A stretch of DNA of 32,000 nt. It comes from Nitrosococcus wardiae. GTDB taxonomy: Bacteria; Pseudomonadota; Gammaproteobacteria; Nitrosococcales; Nitrosococcaceae. Under the pieces are notes generated by a model. That model saw only the letters and a list, made by a program, of their open reading frames with translations, had not been told where the DNA came from and searched no databases. Position numbers and translations under genes: made by a program. Where the stretch lies: the NCBI RefSeq assembly GCF_004421105.1, contig NZ_CP038033.1, forward strand, positions 173,659 to 205,658, in the 5' to 3' direction. This document shows positions 16,990-24,793 of the stretch, one piece after another; position 1 is the stretch's first letter, and every line of letters begins with the position of its first letter.

Positions 16990-18678
16990 TTACACCTCCT
17001 GGGGACGGCGCCGCCTAAAAATCCTAATTAGGCGAACCCCAATGACAATACCGCCGAGCAGCACACCTATCCCGAAAGAAACCAAGACTGGCTGAAGCTG
17101 CAGTTGGGCAGGTGCCTTGTTAACATCGCCAAACAAGTTTTCTTGGTCGAAGCTCGCCCATACCGGCACTTCCCTTTGATAGAATTCCTTACTAAAGTAG
17201 GGTTTGAGATCAACTCCCCTGCCCAGTGGCAAGCCATTTTCGCTGAGAAACGATTCATAGACAATGTTGGTTACGTCCCCGCCGGGATTTACCCCATCGG
17301 TGGTGACCGCCCTCTCCGTGTGATCATGCAACAGCCAAATCCCTTCCCCATAGCTGTGCAAGCCATCAATAGAGGTATTCAAAGTTAAATCGAGGCGCTG
17401 GGCTGGCCCCACGGTATAGACGTCCCGGGTGATCCAGGCCTCCGGGTTATGGGGCGCGCCATCATAGGCGGTAATAGTCATCTTATGGCCATGGCTATGC
17501 ACATAAACAGGATCTTGGCCTGCATTCGCCATCCGAAGCTTCACCTGCTCATCAGGTTTTACCACTACCAGCGATTCTCGAATGGTATAGGGAAAAGAAC
17601 GTCCATTAAGCAGAAAATAGTTGGTTGGCTCTTCAGTTATGTTGTAATCGCGGTTAATGGCCTGGGCGATCAAGCGGGCATCATTGGCGATTTTAATCTT
17701 ATCTGCCAACGTCTGATCGACACTCTGATAAAGAAGATCATATTCTCGATCAAAGGATTCTTTTATCGCCACCGAGGGATGGCGCACTTGTCCTCCTCCC
17801 ACATTCAAGGTCTGAACCCAGTTATTGGGGCGATTTTCTTCCACCGCCATTATCCCTACTAATCCCATCCCAATATGGGAATGGGGTTGAACATGGCAAT
17901 GGTAAAGCATAGTCCCCGCATGCCGGGGAGTCATTTCGTAGGTACGACTCTCTCCAGGCATCACAGGCAATTCACTGGTCTGGGGAACCCCATCATTCCC
18001 TTCGCCTGCTGCATCGATAAAGGGATGATCAACCCCATGAAAATGGATGGTATGGGGCAAATAGTGGGTGTTTTCAAGAGTAACTTTTATCGTATCCCCC
18101 TGCTCAACACGGAGAGTGGGGGACGGGGCCCGCAGATAGTAATTGGCCTGCAGACTCTCGAAATTAAGAGTGGACATGCCCCGGGTCTTGGGGGCAAAAA
18201 CCCAGAATCCAGGTTGGACGCCCGGCGCAACAGAGTAAGCGGGAATAGGCGCCGGGAAATCTGGTGAGAATCCGTTTAACTCAGCCACTTCCAGCCGAAC
18301 ATGAATCACATCCGGGTCGCCGTCCCCATCCCGGTCCTTACCTTTGGTCACAGCGTCCATCGCGAGCTGGGTCTCCATAATGGTGTCATGGGAGACGTTG
18401 TTCGTACCTTTTACGAAGGCCGCGATATCCGCCGGGTTATCCGGATTGCAAAGAGGCGAAGCTTTCACCGCCACCCCATCAATTACCTGAGGCTCTCGCC
18501 AGACGGGATCTACCTCAGGACAAATCGGCTCGTTGTCCAATTCAGCCAGACTGAAGCTTTCAGCCGCCGGAGGTCGTTGATAGGGAGCCGATTGCACGAC
18601 AGAGGGAAGCAAGAAAGCAACGCCCCCCAGTCCTATCACGGTGGCTAAGAAAGCTTGACGTATACTTATCATTTGCAT
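16990..18678 (-). CDS. Multicopper oxidase with permuted copper-motif order, C-terminally membrane anchored
   Basis: Signal peptide MQMISIRQAFLATVIGLGGVAFLLPSVVQSA. The copper motifs are HTIHFHG, then HCHVQPHSHIGM (Cys282 codon at 17896..17898), then HSHGH, then LLHDH. A C-terminal TM helix (VLVSFGIGVLLGGIVIGV) is followed by RLIRIFRRRR. The track start at 18741 is a TTG. ATG 18678 starts the signal peptide. Confidence 0.85.
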   Translation of the reverse strand: MQMISIRQAFLATVIGLGGVAFLLPSVVQSAPYQRPPAAESFSLAELDNEPICPEVDPVWREPQVIDGVAVKASPLCNPDNPADIAAFVKGTNNVSHDTIMETQLAMDAVTKGKDRDGDGDPDVIHVRLEVAELNGFSPDFPAPIPAYSVAPGVQPGFWVFAPKTRGMSTLNFESLQANYYLRAPSPTLRVEQGDTIKVTLENTHYLPHTIHFHGVDHPFIDAAGEGNDGVPQTSELPVMPGESRTYEMTPRHAGTMLYHCHVQPHSHIGMGLVGIMAVEENRPNNWVQTLNVGGGQVRHPSVAIKESFDREYDLLYQSVDQTLADKIKIANDARLIAQAINRDYNITEEPTNYFLLNGRSFPYTIRESLVVVKPDEQVKLRMANAGQDPVYVHSHGHKMTITAYDGAPHNPEAWITRDVYTVGPAQRLDLTLNTSIDGLHSYGEGIWLLHDHTERAVTTDGVNPGGDVTNIVYESFLSENGLPLGRGVDLKPYFSKEFYQREVPVWASFDQENLFGDVNKAPAQLQLQPVLVSFGIGVLLGGIVIGVRLIRIFRRRRPQEV

Positions 18679-19022
18679 ACACACAACCTTTATTAAAGGT
18701 TCAACTCGATAATTAGCAGCAGTTCGAACCCTAATATCCAAACCTGCATCTCAGCTAAAAATTAGTTATATTAGTTGCCGCTAATCCTACTTAGTTCCCT
18801 AGTAACAAACAAGGAATTTTCTGTTTAGGCTTAACTTGTGAGTGTTATTACAGTGACTAAAGCATGGGGTTACTTAACACTACTAGGCTTGCGCAATAGC
18901 TTCCAGCACGAACCTTAATCATAATTTTATTGCGAGGAAGGGAAGAGCAGGAACGAGCGAAGAGGCGCAACAGCACCAAAACTTTGGAAAATTCCTAACA
19001 AGGAATTTTTTCTAGCGAGTGG

Positions 19023-19085
19023 GGAGACGCAAAGACACTACGGTTAATATAGCCCCCGTCAATTCCTTTTCGCCTCTGCGTCTCC
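19023..19085 (-). other. 63-nt stem-loop (12-bp outer stem) in the spacer upstream of the oxidase gene
   Basis: GGAGACGCAAAG (19023..19034) pairs with CTCTGCGTCTCC (19074..19085). The single non-Watson-Crick position is G-U when read on the minus strand but A-C on the plus strand, which weakly favours a minus-strand RNA. Confidence 0.3.
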
Positions 19086-19253
19086 TACATGGGATTAAGC
19101 CTATTTATCCGGTTAAGAAATTAACCTTTAGACTTAACCCACAATAAACAAAGTGCACACTTAAATTTTAGAAACTTAGCCAGTAACAAAAGGAAACAAA
19201 AGTGACTACCCTTTGCAACTCCCCTTTTTACGTGCGCACCAAATTTTTAGATC

Positions 19254-19367
19254 CTAGTCCTTCATGATCCAGCGAACAAAGTAGTAAATCCCAGCGATGA
19301 GCGCTATGGTCACGACAAATCCGACGGGGGTGAATATTTTATCTGTTAATTCTAGGATCGCTCCCAT
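19254..19367 (-). CDS. 37-aa single-TM small protein (MGAILELTDKIFTPVGFVVTIALIAGIYYFVRWIMKD)
   Basis: ATG preceded by AGGAG at 8-nt spacing. One hydrophobic helix flanked by charged ends. A promoter-like TTGTCA-N17-TATACT lies upstream. It falls below the ORF-track size cutoff. Confidence 0.4.
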   Translation of the reverse strand: MGAILELTDKIFTPVGFVVTIALIAGIYYFVRWIMKD

Positions 19368-19435
19368 TATATAATCTCCTTTTTCAAGTTATTTATGTCC
19401 CCGCATCTCGGCCAGGCGGGAATTTAAAGTGGCGT

Positions 19436-19464
19436 AGTATAGTGAGGATCATACCTCATGACAA
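19436..19464 (-). promoter_or_regulatory. Candidate sigma70 promoter (TTGTCA-N17-TATACT) for the 37-codon ORF
   Basis: On the minus strand the -35 TTGTCA is at 19464..19459 and the -10 TATACT at 19441..19436, with a 17-nt spacer. It lies just after the spoVR stop. Confidence 0.4.
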
Positions 19465-19479
19465 GCCCATAGTTTGGGA

Positions 19480-20922
19480 TCAACGAAAACGGCCTAGGGT
19501 TTTTTGTACAAAGCCATCCTCCCCATAACCCAGGCGGACTTTCCTATCATTAAGCTGAGTTTCTAGCCACACATCCCGTTCCCAAAGCTGGTAGAGATGG
19601 GCGAGTGTCCTCTCAGCATATTCTGCCTGGAGGTCACGTCCATCATGCTGATGTTTAAGATAAAGCTGTCGGTTATGCCCATAATCGGCATCCTCGATCC
19701 GAATAACAGGGATCCCCCCCATGCCCACATTCTTTAGTAAGGTTTCTTTGACCTCACGCCAATGTTCCTCATCAGAGATCTTACTAACCACCAGATCCTC
19801 CCCCTTGGGCTGGTATTCAAACATGTCCATCTCGCGCATCAATGCCTCGGTCAGGAAACGGCGCAAGAAAGAGGTATCCCTATCGACTTCGCGAACCTGA
19901 AAGATTTTCTCATGGCCCCCCAATTGGGGTTCACCGTAGCGTTCCCTTTCTTCTGGAGAGGGGACCTCGCAGCGACGGTAAATATCATGCCAAATTTTAA
20001 AACCTAAATAATAGGGATTAATATCACCAGGATGGGGGCGCACCACCTGATTGTGATGAACTAAGAATTCAAGATAGAGATCCTGGGGTAAATCCAAACT
20101 ATTCATAATTTTATGGTGCCAATAACTGGCCCAACCCTCGTTCATGATCTTAGTTTCTATCTGAGGGATAAAATAGCGTGCCTGCTCATGTACAATAGTG
20201 AGCAAATCCCGCTCCCAGTTAGCAAGGTAGGGATTGTTATCCCGGATAAAGAGTAAGATATCCTCTTCCGGAAACAAGGGAAAATGATTCAGATCGGGCT
20301 CTACGTACTCAGGCTGTTTATGCAATTCTCCATAGGGATCAGGAGCAGGATGGGCAGCAGCTAGCACCTGCTCCCTTTGCTCTTCGGGACTCAGCTTGCG
20401 TATCGCTTGGTTTCTGCGGCACTGTAGGGATAAAGCATGGGCCGCATCAAGCACTGCCTCTACCTTATCAAGACCAATGGAAGGATCTTCAATATAATCC
20501 CGTACCCGATCAGCACGAAGTTTGAAGTTAGAAAGAGTCAGTTCAGGTTGGGTATCCCTAAAAGTAAAGTTATTTTTAAAAAAATCGTTATGGCCATAGA
20601 CATGGGCAATAGTCAGAATCTGCAAGCACAGAGAATTCTCCCGCACTAAATAGGCTAATGCAGGATTTGAGTTGATAACCATTTCATAGGGTAGTCCGCT
20701 CACTCCATGCTCGTAAAGGGTCTGAAGCTTCTCGTAGGCTTTGCCATAGGACCAGTGGGGATAATGGGCAGGCATACCCGAGTAGGCCATATAGCCCAGC
20801 ATTTGGGCATGGTCACACACTTCAAATTCCTGAGGAAAGCAAGACAGCCCAAACTCCTCGACTTTTTCACGAATTTTGGCATCCCAATATTCTAGATCCT
20901 TAATCGTCCAATGACTGGCCAT
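19480..20922 (-). CDS. SpoVR/YcgB-family protein
   Basis: 480 aa, with NEGWASYWH and the overall sequence typical of the SpoVR family. It is the third gene of the conserved prkA-yeaH-spoVR trio. Confidence 0.9.
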   Translation of the reverse strand: MASHWTIKDLEYWDAKIREKVEEFGLSCFPQEFEVCDHAQMLGYMAYSGMPAHYPHWSYGKAYEKLQTLYEHGVSGLPYEMVINSNPALAYLVRENSLCLQILTIAHVYGHNDFFKNNFTFRDTQPELTLSNFKLRADRVRDYIEDPSIGLDKVEAVLDAAHALSLQCRRNQAIRKLSPEEQREQVLAAAHPAPDPYGELHKQPEYVEPDLNHFPLFPEEDILLFIRDNNPYLANWERDLLTIVHEQARYFIPQIETKIMNEGWASYWHHKIMNSLDLPQDLYLEFLVHHNQVVRPHPGDINPYYLGFKIWHDIYRRCEVPSPEERERYGEPQLGGHEKIFQVREVDRDTSFLRRFLTEALMREMDMFEYQPKGEDLVVSKISDEEHWREVKETLLKNVGMGGIPVIRIEDADYGHNRQLYLKHQHDGRDLQAEYAERTLAHLYQLWERDVWLETQLNDRKVRLGYGEDGFVQKTLGRFR

Positions 20923-20960
20923 ACTATTTACCCCAGCATTTTCACTTTATTGAATAAAAT

Positions 20961-22151
20961 TTATTCATATTCACTGTTCTCCCGCTCTCGGGATAATAGC
21001 TGCCTAAAACTAGGCCAAATATCTTCCTTGCGTTGGATTAACACAGGCTGGAAATTATCAGCCCTAACGTTTCGGAATAAATCTAACATAGTCCCCTCAT
21101 AGAAACCCGAAGGTCGGGGTTTGATCTCGCCATAGCCAAATAAATTACAGGCCTGGCACAGTTCTTCGGCAGCTTTTAAGGTGGCAACATTATCGCTATC
21201 AAAATTGTCACCATCTGAGCAATGAAAAGCATAAATATTCCATAAGGAAGGGTGATAGCGATTCTGAATCACCTCTAACGCTTTGTGGTAGCCTGAAGAG
21301 ATAAAAGTGCCGCCGGATTCACCCTTATGAAAAAACTCCTCCTCCGTCACTTCCCGGGCTTTAGTGTGATGGGCGATGAAAACCACATCCACATGAGCGT
21401 AACGGGAGCGGACAAACTGGTAGAGTAAAAAGAAAAAGCTCCGTGCCAGATACTTCTTTAATGTATCCATAGAACCAGAGGTATCCATAATACAGAGCAC
21501 TACGGCATTGGACTGGGGGCGCAAATCCTCCCGTAGCCGGTGATAGCGCATATCATCACGATGGAAGGGGAACCGCCGTTCTGGCTCGCTGGTCCCACTG
21601 GCCTTATTACTTGCCAAGCGCCGCCTAACCCGAGCCTTAGCTGTGCGCCGCTTATCCATATGGACCCGAACACCGACACGACGGAAGCCTTTTCGCTTGC
21701 TGGTACGCTCCGATAATACTTCACGGAAACGCTTACGTTCCAAGTCTGGCAGTTCTAGATCCTCAAACATAATCTCGATCAACTCTTCCAGAGTGATCTC
21801 AGTCTCATAATAATCCATGCCTGGACGGTCACCGGCATGGCCCGGCCCCCCATCCCCCTGAGACGCTTCGCCCACAGTTTGGCCAGGCTCCGAATCTCCC
21901 TGGCCTGTGCCTACTCCCGGCGTATTCCGTCCATAAACAAAACGGTATTCCCGAATGCCTCGAATGGGAACTTTGACAATACGATCGCGGCTTTGACCAA
22001 TAATGGACTCCTCAGCCACAATATCAGCCACATTATCACGGATGGCTCTCCGCACCTTCTGCCGGTGCCGTAACCGATCTCTGGCGCTGCGGTCCGAACG
22101 TAAAGCATCAGATTGAGAATAAGGACGGAACACTGTAGTCATAATATTCAT
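20961..22151 (-). CDS. YeaH/YhbH-family protein (DUF444, vWA-like)
   Basis: 396 aa with a basic N-terminal region (RDRLRHRQKV) and a MIDAS-like CIMDTSGSMD motif. The gene follows prkA. Confidence 0.9.
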   Translation of the reverse strand: MNIMTTVFRPYSQSDALRSDRSARDRLRHRQKVRRAIRDNVADIVAEESIIGQSRDRIVKVPIRGIREYRFVYGRNTPGVGTGQGDSEPGQTVGEASQGDGGPGHAGDRPGMDYYETEITLEELIEIMFEDLELPDLERKRFREVLSERTSKRKGFRRVGVRVHMDKRRTAKARVRRRLASNKASGTSEPERRFPFHRDDMRYHRLREDLRPQSNAVVLCIMDTSGSMDTLKKYLARSFFFLLYQFVRSRYAHVDVVFIAHHTKAREVTEEEFFHKGESGGTFISSGYHKALEVIQNRYHPSLWNIYAFHCSDGDNFDSDNVATLKAAEELCQACNLFGYGEIKPRPSGFYEGTMLDLFRNVRADNFQPVLIQRKEDIWPSFRQLLSRERENSEYE

Positions 22152-22205
22152 CGCTCAGGCATATTCTGTACATAGTTCAGACATTGCTATATCCAACTCT
22201 CCTCT

Positions 22206-24137
22206 TTAATCTTTCCACAGGTTATTGGCGGCATATTTCAACACCACCTCTGCCGAATATTCGTTGTAGCCCCGCTCAAGGAGATTTTTGAGCAAATCAT
22301 CATATTTCTTGGTCTGCTCCTCATCCCGGGTCCGGGATTTGGTAATAATACGGCTTATATCCCGCACCGAACTGGTCAGTTTTTTCTCAATGGCTTCCTT
22401 TAAGGGTTCGTATGACTGATAACTTATCTTTTCACCACGGCGGGTAGCCGCCCAGAGAAAAGCAATCACTTCCTGCCGAAAACCCTCGGCAGCACTGCCT
22501 ACAATAGCGATTTGCTCCTCCACCGATTTTAAGAAATTCTCGTCAGGCTGTAATTCTTCCCGTGTATCCCGATCCTTAACCCGGGTCTTATTCACATAAG
22601 CCTCAGCATGATCCAAGTAATTCTGGAATAAGGTCTCTGCTTGTTCTTCATAGGAGTAAACAAAAGCTTTAGTGATTTCCTTTTCCAAAACCTCAAGATA
22701 AACCTTATGTAAGGTGTCTTGGAGCAGTTCCAGATAGTGCTTCCGAACATCGTCCGCCAGCTCCGATTGCTTGACCATGGTGATCAAGGCCTCACGGACG
22801 TTGATGGGGTTAATCCCCTCCTCACTATCGGCCAGTGCATTATCCAGGGCCTTGGTGATGAAGCGGGTTGAAATGCCAAACATTCCTTCTCGGGAAGCAG
22901 CCTCCTGAAGTTCCTTGGCATTAATCTTGAGAGTAGTTCCTTTCTCTACAACCTCCTCGCCATTATAGAGCCGCAGTTTGGTCATCAAGTCACATTTAGG
23001 GGTAGGCTCTAATCGGGAAAGAATAGCAAACATGGAGGCTAATTCGAGCGTATGAGGAGCAATATGGGCCCGGAAATCAGAGTGGCGCAAAAGCTTCTCA
23101 TAGATTTTGATTTCCTCTGACAGACGCAGATTATAAGGAACCTTAATGACTACAATCCGGTCGAGAATAGCCTCGTTAGTATGGTCGGCTTTGAATTTCT
23201 GCCACTCAGCTTCATTGGAGTGGGCAACGATACAGGTATCCACATACACGGTACCGTGGCGACCAGGAGCCGGGACAAACTTCTCCTGGGTGGCCGTAAT
23301 CATAGAATGCAGATACTCAGTCTCGTTTTTAAAGACCTCGATGAATTCCACCACACCTCGGTTGCCCACATTAAAAGCGCCATTTAGGTCTAGCACTCGA
23401 GGATCGCCTTCGGAGTAGATGTCCAGTTTGGAGATATCCTCTGAGCCAATGAGCACTGAAGTATCCTGGTTATTGGGATCTACCGGCGGTACCACACCAA
23501 TACCCCGGCGATCCCGCTTGGAAAAGTCTGCGGTAATGACCGGTACGTCTTCATAACGGCCATCAAACTCTTCTTTGAGACGAAAACGGCATACAGGGCA
23601 CAAATCGCCCTCAATATGGACATCGAGCATCTTCTCAAATTCTTTTCGTAAATGGCGCGGTAGAAGATGCAACGGTTCCTCACGCATCGGACAGCCGTCG
23701 ATGGCATAAATGGGCTCTGCCTTCTCTAATCCCCGGTGCAAATGCTCGATAAGAGAGCTCTTACCGGCTCCCACAGGCCCCATCAAATAGAGTACCTGGC
23801 GGCTTTCTTCCCCATGCAGGGACGCCGAATGGAAATAACGTACTAGTTGGGCTAAGGTCCGCTCGATACCAAAGAATTCGTCCTTGAAAAAGTCATAGAC
23901 TTTCACCGGCTCATCGCCATAGAGGCGCTTGACATGAGGATCGCCCAAAGCATGGATGTCCTCCGCCCCCTCCCGCATGATCATGTCATAAACCCGAGAA
24001 TGAGCTAGCCTCGCAATAGTAGGATCCTTTTTGACTTTTTCTAAATAATCAATAAACGTTCCACGCCATTCCTGACGTTCTCGCTTTGCTCGGTCTTTTT
24101 TAATAATCTCAGTAAATCCGTTTTTTGTATCGACCAC
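22206..24137 (-). CDS. prkA: PrkA/YeaG-family AAA+ protein (annotated Ser protein kinase)
   Basis: P-loop LMGPVGAGKSSL. The N-terminus (EWRGTFIDYLEKVKKDPTIARLAHSRVYDMI) resembles Bacillus PrkA. The first 16 codons of the track ORF lack support. GTG 24137 has AGGAGG 6 nt upstream. Confidence 0.9.
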   Translation of the reverse strand: MVDTKNGFTEIIKKDRAKRERQEWRGTFIDYLEKVKKDPTIARLAHSRVYDMIMREGAEDIHALGDPHVKRLYGDEPVKVYDFFKDEFFGIERTLAQLVRYFHSASLHGEESRQVLYLMGPVGAGKSSLIEHLHRGLEKAEPIYAIDGCPMREEPLHLLPRHLRKEFEKMLDVHIEGDLCPVCRFRLKEEFDGRYEDVPVITADFSKRDRRGIGVVPPVDPNNQDTSVLIGSEDISKLDIYSEGDPRVLDLNGAFNVGNRGVVEFIEVFKNETEYLHSMITATQEKFVPAPGRHGTVYVDTCIVAHSNEAEWQKFKADHTNEAILDRIVVIKVPYNLRLSEEIKIYEKLLRHSDFRAHIAPHTLELASMFAILSRLEPTPKCDLMTKLRLYNGEEVVEKGTTLKINAKELQEAASREGMFGISTRFITKALDNALADSEEGINPINVREALITMVKQSELADDVRKHYLELLQDTLHKVYLEVLEKEITKAFVYSYEEQAETLFQNYLDHAEAYVNKTRVKDRDTREELQPDENFLKSVEEQIAIVGSAAEGFRQEVIAFLWAATRRGEKISYQSYEPLKEAIEKKLTSSVRDISRIITKSRTRDEEQTKKYDDLLKNLLERGYNEYSAEVVLKYAANNLWKD

Positions 24138-24793
24138 ACTCCACCTCCTCGCCGGAAATACCAAATTAGGGCACCACAACAACCGCTAAAGTAAAGACAC
24201 AACAGTCCCCCCAGAGTTCCAAGTCTCCGCCCGCAAAAATGCTAAAGAACTTAATAAATCAAGGAGTTGTTTTTGGGTTTTAAGGTACGACTGCTGTTTT
24301 AAACTCTTTTTCGAAAACATCAGCAATCGTGAAAGATCCCCTCGCACAAAAGCGGGAGCCTGTACCTTCAGTATAGTCTCTAAAAAACTGAAGGGGAGAG
24401 GGAAAACAGTCGCGTGTTGCTTGAAGGAACTAGCGCACATACTGCACCAGAGCAAATGAAAGTCGTGACTGACAAATACACCATCAACCGCTTGCTCGCA
24501 TGGACAAGCCAAGCCTTATTCCACAACGAATACCCATCCCGGTGATTTGCAGCCATTCTCGGTTCGTCCTTGTGAGATCCTGCCTAGATATGCTTTAAAC
24601 CAACAAATAAAGCTTAAACAACTCACAAAAATATAATCTACCAAACAGTAGTTTTATAACCAAGGGTACTTCTAAGGGACGGAGCCCTTTTTACCTCGGT
24701 TGATCACAAAAAATTCATCAAAAATTAACTGCCTAGTCACACTTATCCCCTAAAGTCAAAACCGAGATTATTTTTCTAGTCAGCGAGGATTTG

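Noticed and set aside
16204-17031. 275-aa plus-strand ORF antisense to the cupredoxin gene. Similar long antisense ORFs occur at 17104..17388, 17449..17862, 17875..18267 and 18301..18648 (opposite the oxidase), 13324..13803 (opposite amoC), 6945..7421 (opposite trpD) and 11482..11751 (opposite amoB).
   Set aside because: These are shadow ORFs of strongly supported genes on the other strand. Their translations are low-complexity or Arg/His/Ser-rich with no recognisable motifs, Shine-Dalgarno sequences or signal sequences.
24155-24180. Sigma54-like TGGTGCCCTAATTTGG on the minus strand upstream of prkA. Other TGG..TTGC strings occur in 18742..19253.
   Set aside because: The -12 GC element is missing, or the GG-to-GC spacing is wrong (it should be GG-N10-GC). 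None passes the basic sigma54 geometry.
24186-24512. 108-aa minus-strand ORF just upstream of prkA.
   Set aside because: It begins with a TTG and has no Shine-Dalgarno. Its composition is unremarkable and it has no recognisable family. It lies in the likely prkA promoter and leader region, so I treat it as non-coding.
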